Shown here: one piece after another, positions 42,205 through 57,700 of the stretch
How the letters are laid out: every line of letters begins with the position of its first letter
Position numbering within the stretch: the stretch's first letter is position 1
NCBI GenBank assembly: GCA_964016885.1
Contig: OZ024743.1
Span: 204,786,001-204,850,000 of the forward strand
Direction: 5' to 3'
Origin: Eledone cirrhosa
Lineage: Eukaryota
DNA length: 64,000 nt
Notes under the pieces: model-generated
What the model saw: the letters and a program-made list of their open reading frames with translations, nothing else
Told to the model about the DNA's origin: nothing
Database searches by the model: none
Made by a program: the position numbers and the translations under genes

Positions 42205-42304
42205 ATATATATATATATATATATATTTAATATATATATATATATATATATATATTTAATATATATATATATATATATATTTAATATATATATATATATA
42301 TATA

Positions 42305-42379
<75 letters not shown>

Positions 42380-42383
42380 TTAA

Positions 42384-42421
<38 letters not shown>

Positions 42422-45400
42422 ATACACATATATATGTGTAAATATATATATACACATATATATGTGTAAATATATATATACACATATATATATACACATA
42501 TATATGTGTAAATATATATATATACATATATATGTATGTATGTATATATATATATATAAACACCATTAAAAACTCCATTGAAAAGCTCATAAAAACTCAT
42601 TAAAAACCCAATAAAAAGCACACTAAACCACCATTAAAAGCTACATCCGAAACCCATTAAAAACTATATTAAAACACCATTAAAATTCCATTAAAAACCA
42701 CATTAAAATCCATTAAAAATCCAATTAAAAACAGTAAAAACTTAATTGTAAACGTAATCGAAAGCGCAAGTAAAACAACATTAAAACCATTTAACACCCC
42801 ATTAAAACCCACAAAAATACCACCAGAACCCATTAAAATCCCATAACCGCCATTAAAATTCCATTAAAAATATTATCAAAAACTTCATTTAAAACACACT
42901 GGAAACCCATTAAACTTCATAATTCTCGTTAAAAAAAATCCATTAAAAACTCAATCAAAAACCCAATTAAAAGGCCATAAAAGAAACATTAAAACAGCAT
43001 TTAAAATACCATTAAAAACGCCATAAAAAACATTAAAATCCCATTAAAAATACATTAAAGGCCCATTAAAAATTCCACTAAAAACCTCATTGAAAACCCC
43101 ATTTAAAACCTAATTAGAAGCTCATAAAAACTCCCAAAACCCAATAAAAAAACCATTAAAACGTCATTAAAACGTCATAAAACGCTATTAAAACGTCATT
43201 AAAAATGTCATTAAAAACTCCATTGATAACTCAATTAAAAACTGCATTTTACCCCCTCCTCCCCCATTAAAAACACATTAAACACTCCATTAAAATTACC
43301 ATTAAAAACCAATTAAATACTCCATTAAACACTATATTAAAACCGCAATTATAAATTCTTTAAAAATCCAATTAAAAAACATATTATAAACTCCATTAAA
43401 AATCCAATTAAAAACCCTACTGAAAATCCCATTATAAAATTACATAAAAAACCCATAATAATAGTCCTTTAAATAACCAATTAAAAATCCTATTAAAACG
43501 CCATAAAAAACACCATTAAAACGTCATTAAAAATACAATTGAAAACACCATTAAAAACTACATTGCAAATTCCATTAAAAGACCCATTAAAAACTCCATT
43601 AAAAACACCACTAAAAAGTCCATTAAAAAGCTCATAAAACCCATTAAAATACAATTAATAACCAATTAACACTCCATTAAAAACCATTACAACCGTCATT
43701 AAAATGCCATAAAATACCATTAAAACGCCATTAAGAACGCCATTAAAATCGTCATTAAAAACCTCATTAAAAACTACATTAAAACTTCATTAAAAACTCC
43801 ATTAAAACCTACATTATAAACTCTATTAAACTCCATTAAAAACTCAATTAAATCCCCCATTAAACCCCCATTAAGCCCCATTAAAAGCCCCTGAAAATGC
43901 AACTAAAAACAAATTTTAAAACCCCATTAAAACACAATTAAAAGTCCATTGGAAACCCCATTAAAATTCCATTAAAAATTCATTAAAAACTTAGTAAAAC
44001 TCGATTTTATACTCAATTAAAAAGGTAATTGAAAACTCAATTAGCACACCATTAAAAACTCATTAAAAAGCCCATAAAAACTCCATAAATAATCTAATTG
44101 TAAAACATTAAAAATTCAGTTAAAAACCTGATTGAAAACCCCAATAAAAGTTCATTAAAAAAACTCCATTAAAAAATCAATCAAAACCCCATTAAAATAA
44201 CATTGAAACTTATCGAAGCGTCATTAAGGATACCATTAAAAAACACCATTAAAACGGCATTGAAAACCCATTATAAAAAATTAAAGGGTCCGTAAAAAAC
44301 ACCATTATAAATCCATTAAAAACCTAATTGAAAAACCCATTAAAACTCAATTTTTAAACTAGATTAAAAACGCAATTAAAAACGCAATTAAAAGCTCAAT
44401 GAAAAACCATTAAAAACACCATTAAAAACTCTAAAAAAAAGAGCACTAGCCATTAAAACTCCATTAAAACCCATTGAAACCTACTACCCCCATTAAACCC
44501 CATTAAAATTGCATTAAACACATTACACATCCATTAAAGCCCATTAGAAGGACCATCAAATATTTAAATTTAAACTAAATCAGAAACTCGCTTAAAACAC
44601 CATTAAAAACACATTAAAATGTCACTAATACCATTAACAACCACACCAAAAACTCCATTAATATACCATTAAAAACCGCATTGAAAACCCATAAAATCCC
44701 AAGTAAAGATCTTTTAAAAAACTACATTAAAAACCCAATTAAAAAACCCATTAAAACGCCATAAAAGTCATTAAAACGTCATTTAAAGTACCATTAAAAA
44801 CGTCACTAGAATCCCAATTAAAAATACATTAAAAATTCCATTTGAAACCATATTAAAAATTTCATTAAATGCAATATTGAAAGACCCATTAAAAACACCA
44901 GTGAAAACTCATATAAATACTCAATTAAAAAACCAATTAAAAATCCTATTTAAACGTCACTAAAACACCATAAAAAACACAATTAAAACGTCATTAAAAC
45001 ACCATTAAACTATCATTAAAAATTACATTGAAAACACCATTAAAAATTCAATTAAAACCCCATTAAAAATCCATTAAAAAGATCATCATGAACGCACTTA
45101 AACACCATCAAAAACGCATTAAAAATTAAATTAAAAAGCAATTAATTTTTTTTATCAAACTCCCATTAAAATTCCATTAAACACTCCATTAAAAACAACA
45201 TTGAAAACCCCCATTAAAAGCTCATACAAAATTATATTAAAAACCCAATAAAAAACAATTACAACGCCATTAAAACATCATAAAAACTCATTAAAATGTC
45301 ATTTAAAATGCCATTAAAACCCTCACGGGGGGAAACGCAATTAAAAACACCATTAGAAATTTCATTAAAAACTCCATTAAAAATCGTATTTAAAGTCAAT

Positions 45401-47669
45401 TAGAACCCTTATTATAAATTCCATTAAAACCCATTAAGTATCCAATTGAAAAATCCATTAAGAGCTCATTAAAAATACTCCATTAAAAACCCAATTAAAA
45501 ATCATTAAAACGCATTTAAACACCATAAAAACACAATTAAAACGCCATTAAAAAGACCATTAAAAACTCCATTAAAACATCCTTGAATCTATTAAAAATT
45601 TCATTAAAAACGCAATCAAAAATTCCATTAAAAACCCATTTAAAACTCATAAACAACACCATTGAAAACCCAATTAAAAACTCCATAAAAAACCCATTAA
45701 ACACCATCGAAAATCACATTAAAATTCCATTAAAACACCATTAAAAAGCCATTAAAACCCAATTTTAAACGCAATTAAAAACTGAATTAAAACACTATTA
45801 AAAACTCATAAAAAAGGCTCATAAATAATGGGGTTTTCAATTGTTTTTTATGAAATTTATAATATGGCTTTTAATGGCTTTTAATGAACTTTTTAATGGG
45901 CTTTTAGTGGAGTTTTTAATGGATTTTTATGGAAATTTTAATGGCATTATTAATGGTTTTTTAATTGGGCTTTTTGTGATGTTTTAATGGCGTTTTTATG
46001 ACATTTTATTGTGTTTTGTGGCGTTTTAATGGCGTTTTAATTGGTTTGTTATTGGGTTTTTAATAGAGTTTTATGAACTTTTAATATGGGGTTAATGGGT
46101 TTTGAATGTGTTTTCAATGGAACTTTTAATTGAGTTTTTAATGAAATTTCTAATGGGATGTGTAATTGAATTTTTAATTGGTTTTTAATGGGTTTAGTGG
46201 GTTTATAGTGGAGTTTTTAATGGTGTTTTAATGGTGCTTCGATTGAGTTTTTAATTGAGTTTTTAATTGAGTTTTTACTGAGTTTTTAATTGAGTTCTTA
46301 TTTTATTTTATTTTATTTTTTTTTTATATTTAATTTTTTTTTATTTTTTTTTATTTTTTTTTATTTTTATTTATTTTATTTTATTTTATTTTATTTTATT
46401 TTATTTATTTTATTTTATTTTATTTATATTTTTTAGTTTTTTTTATTTTATTTTATTTTTTTTTATTTTATTTTATTTTATTTTATTTTATTTTATTTTA
46501 TTTTATTTTATTTTATTTTATTTTATTTTATTTTATTTTTTATTTTATTTTATTTTATTTTATTTTATTTTATTTTATTTTATTTTATTTTATTTTATTT
46601 TATTTTATTGAGTTTTTAATTTAGTTTATAATTTAGTTTATAACTTAGTTTATAATTTAGTTTATTTCTCCCTCTTCTCCCCCTACTGTCCTCTACAGCC
46701 AGATCTGCCTTTCTTTACCCCTCCCAAGTCTCTTCCCTCTTCTCCCCCTACTGTCCTCTACAGCCTGATCTGCCTTTCTTTACCCCTCCCTAGTCTATTC
46801 ATTATTCAGTTTTGTTTTTATCTTTCTAAAACATCCTAGTTTTAATGAAATTAAAAGGAAATAGCAATCGCTATAAGTGTGCAAGCCAGCATGTAACTTC
46901 ATGTGTGTGTGTTTTTAATGGAGTTTTTAATTGAGTTTTAATGGAGTTTTAATTGAGTTTATAATGGAGATTTAAATGGAATTTTTAATTGAGTTTTAAT
47001 GTAGTTTTAATGGTGTTTTATGCCGTTTTAATGGTATTTTAATGGGGTTTTTATTTGGTTTTTTATAAAGTTTTGGGTGCGCTTTTAATAGGGGTTTAAT
47101 GGTTTTCAGTGTAGTTTTTAATGACATTTTTAATGGTTTTCCAATGGAACCTTAGTGGTGTGTTAATGCAATTTTAATTGGTTTAATGGGCTTTTAATTG
47201 TGTTTTTAATGGTGTTTTAATTGAGTTTTTAATTGCGTTTTTATTGAGTTTTTATTTCGGTTTAAATTTGAGGTTTTAATGTCTTTTCGAGGGGGGGGGG
47301 GTTAATGGGGGTTTTAATGGAGTTTTAATGGGGACTTTTAATGGAAACTTTAATTTTGTTTTAATTGGGTTTTTATGGGTTTCCAATGTGGTTTTTAATG
47401 GCGCTTTTATTGGCATTCTTAATGATGTTTTAATTGTGTTTTAATGGGGGGTTTGGTTGGGGTTTTAATGGAGTGTTTTATGAGCTTATAATGGGGTTTT
47501 TAATGGGTTTTTCAAAATAGATTTTTAATTGAATTTTTAATGTGGTTTTTAATGGGATTTATATATATATATATATGAATATATATATATATATATATAA
47601 TATATAGTGTGTGTGTATATATATATATATAGTGTGTATGTATATATATATATATATATAGTGTGTGCG

Positions 47670-47701
<32 letters not shown>

Positions 47702-48294
47702 ACACAAATATTAGCATATACATATTTTCTTAGTAATTGAGGATGTGTTTTTTATACATACATATGCATATTGCATCCATACATACACACATACAAGCAT
47801 ATACATACACATACACACACATATATATACACACACTGTATATATATACATACACACACACACATATATATATATACACCACACACTATATATATATATA
47901 GTGTGTGTGTGTATATATATATGTGTGTGTGTGTGTATGTATATATATATATACAGTGTGTGTATATATGTGTGTGTGTATGTCTATGTATATGCTTGTA
48001 TGTGTGTATGTATGTATGTATGCAATATGCATATGTATGTATAAAAACACATCCTCAATGACTAAGAAATTATGTATATGCTAATATTTGTGTTAGTGTC
48101 TATATAAATGTATGTATGTAGTATATGCAAGTGTTCGTGCAAATTGAAAATAGATTTAATAATTTTAATAATATCTAGAACAATGTGATCTAAAAAAAAT
48201 ATTTTTTAAGATACGAATATATCGTTGTCAGCTTAATATGGCACTAACGCAAAATATAAATCCCAGTTTATATATAGTGTGTAACATGAAAGTG

Positions 48295-48335
<41 letters not shown>

Positions 48336-48437
48336 ATATATATATATATATATATTTAATATATATATATATATATATATATATTTAATATATATATATA
48401 TATATATATATTTAATATATATATATATATATATATA

Positions 48438-48472
<35 letters not shown>

Positions 48473-48500
48473 ATATATATATATATATATATATATTTAA

Positions 48501-48542
<42 letters not shown>

Positions 48543-51500
48543 ATACACATATATATGTGTAAATATATATATACACATATATATGTGTAAATATATATAT
48601 ACACATATATATATACACATATATATGTGTAAATATATATATATACATATATATGTATGTATATATATATATATATAACACCATTAAAAACTCCATTGAA
48701 AAGCTCATAAAAACTCATTAAAAACCCAATAAAAAGCACACTAAACCACCATTAAAAGCTACATCTGAAACCCATTAAAAACTATATTAAAACACCATTA
48801 AAATTCCATTAAAAACCACATTAAAATCCATTAAAAATCCAATTAAAAACAGTAAAAACTTAATTGTAAACGTAATCGAAAGCGCAAGTAAAACAACATT
48901 AAAACCATTTAACACCCCATTAAAACCCACAAAAATACCACCAGAACCCATTAAAATCCCATAACCGCCATTAAAATTCCATTAAAAATATTATCAAAAA
49001 CTTCATTTAAAACACACTGGAAACCCATTAAACTTCATAATTCTCGTTAAAAAAAATTCATTAAAAACTCAATCAAAAACCCAATTAAAAGGCCATAAAA
49101 GAAACATTAAAACAGCATTTAAAATACCATTAAAAACGCCATAAAAAACATTAAAATCCATTAAAAATACATTAAAGGCCCATTAAAAATTCCACTAAAA
49201 ACCTCATTGAAAACCCCATTTAAAACCTAATTAGAAGCTCATAAAAACTCCCAAAACCCCCCAAAAAAACCATTAAAACGTCATTAAAACGTCATAAAAC
49301 GCTATTAAAACGTCATTAAAAATGTCATTAAAAACTCCATTGATAACTCAATTAAAAACTGCATTTTACCCCCCTCCCCCCCATTAAAAACACATTAAAC
49401 ACTCCATTAAAATTACCATTAAAAACCAATTAAATACTCCATTAAACACTATATTAAAACCGCAATTATAAATTCTTTAAAAATCCAATTAAAAACCATA
49501 TTATAAACTCCATTAAAAATCCAATTAAAAACCCTACTGAAAATCCCATTATAAAATTACATAAAAAACCCATAATAATAGTCCTTAAAAAAAACAATTA
49601 AAAATCCTATTAAAACGCCATAAAAAACACCATTAAAACGTCATTAAAAATACAATTGAAAACACCATTAAAAAGTACATTGCAAATTCCATTAAAAGAC
49701 CCATTAAAAACTCCATTAAAAACACCACTAAAAAGTCCATTAAAAAGCTCATAAAACCCATTAAAATACAATTAATAACCAATTAACACTCCATTAAAAA
49801 CCATTACAACCGTCATTAAAATGCCATAAAATACCATTAAAACGCCATTAAGAACGCCATTAAAATCGTCATTAAAAACCTCATTAAAAACTACATTAAA
49901 ACTTCATTAAAAACTCCATTAAAACCTCCATTATAAACTCTATTAAACTCCATTAAAAACTCAATTAAATCCCCCATTAAACCCCCATTAAGCCCCATTA
50001 AAAGCCCCTGAAAAATGCAAATAAAAACAAATTTTAAAACCCCATTAAAACACAATTAAAAGTCCATTGGAAACCCCATTAAAATTCCATTAAAAATTCA
50101 TTAAAAACTTAGTAAAAACTCGATTTTATACTCAATTAAAAAGGTAATTGAAAACTCAATTAGCACACCATTAAAAACTCATTAAAAAGCCCATAAAAAC
50201 TCCATAAAAAATCTAATTGAAAAACATTAAAAATTCAGTTAAAAACCTGATTGAAAACCCCAATAAAAGTTCATTAAAAAAACTCCATTAAAAAATCAAT
50301 CAAAACCCCATTAAAATAAAATTGAAACTTATCGAAGCGTCATTAAGGATACCATTAAAAAACACCATTAAAACGGCATTGAAAACCCATTATAAAAAAT
50401 TAAAGGGTCCGTAAAAAACACCATTATAAATCCATTAAAAACCTAATTGAAAAACCCATTAAAACTCAATTTTTAAACTAGATTAAAAACGCAATTAAAA
50501 ACGCAATTAAAAGCTCAATGAAAAACCATTAAAAACACCATTAAAAACTCTAAAAAAAGAGCACTAGCCATTAAAACTCCATTAAAACCCATTGAAACAT
50601 ACTACCCCCATTAAACCCCATTAAAATTGCATTAAACACATTACACATCCATTAAAGCCCATTAGAAGGACCATCAAATATTTAAATTTAAACTAAATCA
50701 GAAACTCGCTTAAAACACCATTAAAAACACATTAAAATGTCACTAATACCATTAACAACCACACCAAAAACTCCATTAATATACCATTAAAAACCGCATT
50801 GAAAACCCATAAAATCCCAAGTAAAGATCTTTTAAAAAACTACATTAAAAACCCAATTAAAAAACCCATTAAAACGCCATAAAAGTCATTAAAACGTCAT
50901 TTAAAGTACCATTAAAAACGTCACTAGAAACCCAATTAAAAACACATTAAAAATTCCATTTGAAACCATATTAAAAATTTCATTAAATGCAATATTGAAA
51001 AACCCATTAAAAACACCAGTGAAAACTCATATAAATACTCAATTAAAAAAACAATTAAAAATCCTATTTAAACGTCACTAAAACACCATAAAAAACACAA
51101 TAAAAACGTCATTAAAACACCATTAAACTATCATTAAAAATTACATTGAAAACGCCATTAAAAATTCAATTAAAATCCCATTAAAAATCCATTAAAAAAG
51201 ATCATCATGAACGCACTTAAACACCATCAAAAACGCATTAAAAATTAAATTAAAAAGCAATTAATTTTTTTTATCAAACCCCCATTAAAATTCCATTAAA
51301 CACTCCATTAAAAACAACATTGAAAACCCCCATTAAAAGCTCATACAAAATTATATTAAAAACCCAATAAAAAACAATTACAACGCCATTAAAACATCAT
51401 AAAAACTCATTAAAATGTCATTTAAAATGCCATTAAAACCCTCACGGGGGGAAACGCAATTAAAAACACCATTAGAAATTTCATTAAAAACTCCATTAAA

Positions 51501-53660
51501 AATCATATTTAAAGTCAATTAGAACCCTTATTATAAATTCCATTAAAACCCATTAAGTATCCAATTGAAAAATCCATTAAGAGCTCATTAAAAATACTCC
51601 ATTAAAAACCCAATTAAAAATCATTAAAACGCATTTAAACACCATAAAAACACAATTAAAACGCCATTAAAAAGACCATTAAAAACTCCATTAAAACATC
51701 CTTGAATCTATTAAAAATTTCATTAAAAACGCAATCAAAAATTCCATTAAAAACCCATTTAAAAACTCATAAACAACACCATTGAAAACCCAATTAAAAA
51801 CTCCATCAAAAACCCATTAAACGCCATCGAAAATCCCATTAAAACACCATTAAAAAGCCATTAAAACCCAATTTTAAACGCAATTAAAAACTGAATTAAA
51901 ACACTATTAAAAACTCATAAAAAAAGGCTCATAAATAATGGGGTTTTCAATTGTTTTTTATGAAATTTATAATATGGCTTTTAATGAACTTTTTAATGGG
52001 CTTTTAGTGGAGTTTTTAATGGATTTTTATGGAATTTTTAATGACATTATTAATGGTTTTTTAATTGGGCTTTTTGTGATGTTTTAATGGCGTTTTTATG
52101 ACATTTTATTGTGTTTTGTGGCGTTTTAATGGCGTTTTAATTGGTTTGTTATTGGGTTTTTAATAGAGTTTTATGAACTTTTAATATGGGGTTAATGGGT
52201 TTTGAATGTGTTTTCAATGGAACTTTTAATTGAGTTTTTAATGAAATTTCTAATGGGATGTGTAATTGAATTTTTAATTGGTTTTTAATGGGTTTAGTGG
52301 GTTTATAGTGGAGTTTTTAATGGTGTTTTAATGGTGCTTCGATTGAGTTTTTAATTGAGTTTTTAATTGAGTTTTTACTGAGTTTTTAATTGAGTTCTTA
52401 TTTTATTTTATTTTATTTATTTTTTATATTTAATTTTTTTTTATTTTTTTTTATTTTATTTTATTTTTATTTATTTTATTTTATTTTATTTTATTTTATT
52501 TTATTTATTTTATTTTATTTTATTTATATTTTTTATTTTTTTTTATTTTATTTTATTTTATTTTATTTTTTTTATTTTATTTTATTTTATTTTATTTTAT
52601 TTTATTTTATTTTATTTTATTTTATTTTATTTTATTTTATTTTTTATTTTATTTTATTTTATTTTATTTTATTTTATTTTATTTTATTTTATTTTATTTT
52701 ATTTTATTTTATTGAGTTTTTAATTTAGTTTATAATTTAGTTTATAACTTAGTTTATAATTTAGTTTATTTCTCCCTCTTCTCCCCCTACTCTCCTCTAC
52801 AGCCAGATCTGCCTTTCTTTACCCCTCCCAAGTCTCTTCCCTCTTCTCCCCCTACTGTCCTCTACAGCCTGATCTGCCTTTCTTTACCCCTCCCTAGTCT
52901 CTTCATTATTCAGTTTTGTTTTTATCTTTCTAAAACATCCTAGTTTTAATGAAATTAAAAGGAAATAGCAAGCGCTATAAGTGTGCAAGCCAGCATGTAA
53001 CTTCATGTGTGTGTGTTTTTAATGGAGTTTTTAATTGAGTTTTAATGGAGTTTTAATTGAGTTTATAATGGAGATTTAAATGGAATTTTTAATTGAGTTT
53101 TAATGTAGTTTTAATGGTGTTTTATGCCGTTTTAATGGTATTTTAATGGGGTTTTTATTTGGTTTTTTATAAAGTTTTGGGTGCGCTTTTAATGGGGGTT
53201 TAATGGGTTTTCAGTGTAGTTTTTAATGACATTTTTAATGGTTTTCCAATGGAACCTTAGTGGTGTGTTAATGCAATTTTAATTGGTTTAATGGGCTTTT
53301 AATTGTGTTTTTAATGGTGTTTTAATTGAGTTTTTAATTGCGTTTTAATTGAGTTTTTATTTCGGTTTAAATTTGAGGTTTTAATGTCTTTTCGAGGGGG
53401 GTTTAATGGGTGTTTTAATGGAGTTTTAATGGGGACTTTTAATGGAAACTTTAATTTTGTTTTAATTGGGTTTTTATGGGTTTCCAATGTGGTTTTTAAT
53501 GGCGCTTTTATTGGCATTATTAATGATGTTTTAATTGTGTTTTAATGGGGGGTTTGGTTGGGGTTTTAATGGAGTGTTTTATGAGCTTATAATGGGGTTT
53601 TTAATGGGTTTTTCAAAATAGATTTTTAATTGAATTTTTAATGTGGTTTTTAATGGGATT

Positions 53661-53707
<47 letters not shown>

Positions 53708-53778
53708 AATATATAGTGTGTGTGTATATATATATATATAGTGTGTATGTATATATATATATATATATAGTGTGTGCG

Positions 53779-53810
<32 letters not shown>

Positions 53811-54407
53811 ACACAAATATTAGCATATACATATTTTCTTAGTAATTGAGGATGTGTTTTTTATACATACATATGCATATTGCATCCATACATACACACA
53901 TACAAGCATATACATACACATACACACACATATATATACACACACTGTATATATATACATACACACACACACATATATATATATACACCACACACTATAT
54001 ATATATATATATAGTGTGTGTGTGTATATATATATGTGTGTGTGTGTGTATGTATATATATATATACAGTGTGTGTATATATGTGTGTGTGTATGTCTAT
54101 GTATATGCTTGTATGTGTGTATGTATGTATGTATGCAATATGCATATGTATGTATAAAAACACATCCTCAATGACTAAGAAATTATGTATATGCTAATAT
54201 TTGTGTTAGTGTCTATATAAATGTATGTATGTAGTATATGCAAGTGTTCGTGCAAATTGAAAATAGATTTAATAATTTTAATAATATCTAGAACAATGTG
54301 ATCTAAAAAAAATATTTTTTAAGATACGAATATATCGTTGTCAGCTTAATATGGCACTAACGCAAAATATAAATCCCAGTTTATATATAGTGTGTAACAT
54401 GAAAGTG

Positions 54408-54517
<110 letters not shown>

Positions 54518-54613
54518 ATATATATATATATATATATATTTAATATATATATATATATATATATATTTAATATATATATATATATATATATATTTAATAT
54601 ATATATATATATA

Positions 54614-54648
<35 letters not shown>

Positions 54649-54674
54649 ATATATATATATATATATATATTTAA

Positions 54675-54718
<44 letters not shown>

Positions 54719-57700
54719 ATACACATATATATGTGTAAATATATATATACACATATATATGTGTAAATATATATATACACATATATATATACACATATAT
54801 ATGTGTAAATATATATATATACATATATATGTATGTATGTATATATATATATATATAAACACCATTAAAAACTCCATTGAAAAGCTCATAAAAACTCATT
54901 AAAAACCCAATAAAAAGCACACTAAACCACCATTAAAAGCTACATCCGAAACCCATTAAAAACTATATTAAAACACCATTAAAATTCCATTAAAAACCAC
55001 ATTAAAATCCATTAAAAATCCAATTAAAAACAGTAAAAACTTAATTGTAAACGTAATCGAAAGCGCAAGTAAAACAACATTAAAACCATTTAACACCCCA
55101 TTAAAACCCACAAAAATACCACCAGAACCCATTAAAATCCCATAACCGCCATTAAAATTCCATTAAAAATATTATCAAAAACTTCATTTAAAACACACTG
55201 GAAACCCATTAAACTTCATAATTCTCGTTAAAAAAAATTCATTAAAAACTCAATCAAAAACCCAATTAAAAGGCCATAAAAGAAACATTAAAACAGCATT
55301 TAAAATACCATTAAAAACGCCATAAAAAACATTAAAATCCCATTAAAAATACATTAAAGGCCCATAAAAAATTCCACTAAAAACCTCATTGAAAACCCCA
55401 TTTAAAACCTAATTAGAAGCTCATAAAAACTCCCAAAACCCAAAAAAAAACCCCATTAAAACGTCATTAAAACGTCATAAAACGCTATTAAAACGTCATT
55501 AAAAATGTCATTAAAAACTCCATTGATAACTCAATTAAAAACTGCATTTTACCCCCCTCCCCCCATTAAAAACACATTAAACACTCCATTAAAATTACCA
55601 TTAAAAACCAATTAAATACTCCATTAAACACTATATTAAAACCGCAATTATAAATTCTTTAAAAATCCAATTAAAAACCATATTATAAACTCCATTAAAA
55701 ATCCAATTAAAAACCCTACTGAAAATCCCATTATAAAATTACATAAAAAACCCATAATAATAGTCCTTAAAAAAACAATTAAAAATCCTATTAAAACGCC
55801 ATAAAAAACACCATTAAAACGTCATTAAAAATACAATTGAAAACACCATTAAAAAGTACATTGCAAATTCCATTAAAAGACCCATTAAAAACTCCATTAA
55901 AAACACCACTAAAAAGTCCATTAAAAAGCTCATAAAACCCATTAAAATACAATTAATAACCAATTAACACTCCATTAAAAACCATTACAACCGTCATTAA
56001 AATGCCATAAAATACCATAAAAACTCCATAAAAAATCTAATTGAAAAACATTAAAAATTCAGTTAAAAACCTGATTGAAAACCCCAATAAAAGTTCATTA
56101 AAAAAACTCCATTAAAAAATCAATCAAAACCCCATTAAAATAACATTGAAACTTATCGAAGCGTCATTAAGGATACCATTAAAAAACACCATTAAAACGG
56201 CATTGAAAACCCATTATAAAAAATTAAAGGGTCCGTAAAAAACACCATTATAAATCCATTAAAAACCTAATTGAAAAACCCATTAAAACTCAATTTTTAA
56301 ACTAGATTAAAAACGCAATTAAAAACGCAATTAAAAGCTCAATGAAAAACCATTAAAAACACCATTAAAAACTCTAAAAAAAAAAGAGCACTAACCATTA
56401 AAACTCCATTAAAACCCATTGAAACCTACTACCCCCATTAAACCCCATTAAAATTGCATTAAACACATTACACATCCATTAAAGCCCATTAGAAGGACCA
56501 TCAAATATTTAAATTTAAACTAAATCAGAAACTCGCTTAAAACACCATTAAAAACACATTAAAATGTCACTAATACCATTAACAACCACACCAAAAACTC
56601 CATTAATATACCATTAAAAACCGCATTGAAAACCCATAAAATCCCAAGTAAAGATCTTTTAAAAAACTACATTAAAAACCCAATTAAAAAACCCATTAAA
56701 ACGCCATAAAAGTCATTAAAACGTCATTTAAAGTACCATTAAAAACGTCACTAGAAACCCAATTAAAAATACATTAAAAATTCCATTTGAAACCATATTA
56801 AAAATTTCATTAAATGCAATATTGAAAATCCCATTAAAAACACCAGTGAAAACTCATATAAATACTCAATTAAAAAAACAATTAAAAATCATATTTAAAC
56901 GTCACTAAAACACCATAAAAAACACAATTAAAACGTCATTAAAACACCATTAAACTATCATTAAAAATTACATTGAAAACACCATTAAAAATTCAATTAA
57001 AACCCCATTAAAAATCCATTAAAAAGATCATCATGAACGCACTTAAACACCATCAAAAACGCATTAAAAATTAAATTAAAAAGCAATTAATTTTTTTTAT
57101 CAAACCCCCATTAAAATTCCATTAAACACTCCATTAAAAACAACATTGAAAACCCCCATTAAAAGCTCATACAAAATTATATTAAAAACCCAATAAAAAC
57201 AATTACAACGCCATTAAAACATCATAAAAACTCATTAAAATGTCATTTAAAATGCCATTAAAACCCTCACGGGGGGAAACGCAATTAAAAACACCATTAG
57301 AAATTTCATTAAAAACTCCATTAAAAATCATATTTAAAGTCAATTAGAACCCTTATTATAAATTCCATTAAAACCCATTAAGTATCCAATTGAAAAATCC
57401 ATTAAGAGCTCATTAAAAATACTCCATTAAAAACCCAATTAAAAATCATTAAAACGCATTTAAACACCATAAAAACACAATTAAAACGCCATTAAAAAGA
57501 CCATTAAAAACTCCATTAAAACATCCTTGAATCTATTAAAAATTTCATTAAAAACGCAATCAAAAATTCCATTAAAAACCCATTTAAAACTCATAAACAA
57601 CACCATTGAAAACCCAATTAAAAACTCCACAAAAAACCCATTAAACACCATCGAAAATCACATTAAAATTCCATTAAAACACCATTAAAAAGCCATTAAA

